This document shows, in pieces, positions 63,056 to 64,000 of a stretch of DNA of 64,000 nucleotides. How positions within the stretch are numbered: the stretch's first letter is position 1; every line of letters begins with the position of its first letter. The notes below the pieces were generated by a model. That model had not been told where the DNA came from and searched no databases. It worked only from the letters and a program-made list of their open reading frames with translations. The position numbers and the translations under genes were made by a program. Source of the stretch: Lama glama (lineage: Eukaryota). The stretch covers positions 11,596,001-11,660,000 of the forward strand of contig CM052816.1 of assembly GCA_028534125.1 (NCBI GenBank), written 5' to 3'.

Positions 63056-63304
63056 CGTCGCCTCTGTCTTGTGCCCCAACCTTGGTCTTAGACTTGGAAG
63101 CCCCTTGTGTCCTCAGTGCTTCCTAATACCATGACCTCAAGTCCTGACGTCAACTTCATATGCCACATTAACTGTTTGTGCCCTAGGGTTGCTGGCAGCA
63201 CTCAGAGCCACGGTCTGTATTCTGATGCTGGAGCTGGTAATCACTTGGCCCCAGGCGTGGTCCTTCCAGTCTTGCTCTGTCCTGGGTGTACAGTCACAGG
63301 ATAT

Positions 63305-63490
63305 CATAGTGGATAAGAGCTAGGATTTAAACTGTGATAGATCTGGGTTCAAGTTCCAGCCCTGCACTTACTCTCTAGTGTGAGCTTTGGCCAGTCACTT
63401 AATGTCATCTGTAAAATAACGGAGCTCTTCAGGTTATGAGGATTAAACAGGCATAAATTAGAAGCCCAGGGCGGTTCATGACAAGCACAG
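63305..63490 (+). mobile_element. MIR SINE
   Basis: catagtggataagagctaggattt...atctgggttcaagttccagccctgcacttact...gtgagctttggccagtcacttaa...catctgtaaaat. Confidence 0.8.
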
Positions 63491-64000
63491 CATAAAGGCT
63501 GACCAAGGAGAAGGAGAGGAAGGAGGAAACGATGGAGAAGATGTGGGTGGGTTTCTTAGGGCTTTTTTTTCCTTCTTCTACGACCTTCAGTCCAACACAG
63601 CACAGTAGGATAACAAAAGTAGCCATTGGGTAGAGAGGAAAAGAGTGAATCTTTTTGAGTAGGATGACATCAAGGAAGTGTGCCAAGAAGAACGTATCTT
63701 GACATTTGAAAGTTCTGACTGGTGAACCCTGGACTAGAACCAAAGCTAGAGACGGGCCTACCGAGTCCTCCTCCCCCGGGGCTGTCTTGGCTCTTTCCAG
63801 GTTGTCTTCCTCTCTCCACTTAAAGGTCTTCTTCCTGGTCTTTGCCTTCAAATCTGTCTCGTGTGCCCTCCCTTCTCCTCCCCCTACCACTGTTCCCCCA
63901 TTGCCTCTTCTTACAAGGTAGTTTCCAAAGGCTTTGGGTGTTTGTGCAGTTCCAAGGACAGGCAGCATAGAGTAGCTTTAATTGCTTGAAGGCTGCTTCA

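Larger units (their letters stand above)
1..64000 (+). other. Probable interior of a long intron of an unidentified + strand gene
   Basis: No recognisable coding exon. About ten L1 fragments are on the - strand against one clear + strand L1 3' end, which is the usual antisense bias of intronic L1s. Many T-runs on the + strand. This is inference. Confidence 0.6.

Noticed and set aside
63429..63968. Longest ORF in the track (179 aa, - strand)
   Set aside because: No recognisable domain, low-complexity purine/pyrimidine tracts, and it ends in a MIR. Consistent with chance.

Overview
Mammalian genomic DNA, most likely camelid. Three copies of a tRNA(Ala)-like SINE with an AAATAAAT/CCTAATTACCTCCCC tail resemble the camelid vic-1-type SINE. 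I found no complete protein-coding gene, tRNA or rRNA. The window reads as the interior of a long intron of a gene transcribed on the + strand, because nearly all L1 fragments lie on the - strand; I could not identify the host gene. Much of the sequence is interspersed repeat: MIR, L2, old and young L1, MLT1/LTR16/LTR33 solo LTRs, and hAT (MER5, MER58, Charlie) and Tigger1 DNA transposons. Several are nested and several have readable target-site duplications (TSDs). There is one 100-N assembly gap. The ORF track is chance ORFs plus decayed L1 ORF2 fragments. I see no convincing new biological system. The most unusual structures are two apparently chimeric retrotransposition events: a 5'-inverted (twin-primed) L1 with a captured poly(A)-tailed non-L1 segment at 45.9-46.8 kb, and an L1 at 55.5-57.1 kb whose 3' UTR is replaced by foreign sequence inside the TSD. 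There are also a few candidate cryptic or alternative exons (best at 14283-14352) and two perfect tandem duplications that may be assembly artefacts. Repeat family names come from recalled consensus similarity, not a database search, and their boundaries are approximate unless a TSD is given.
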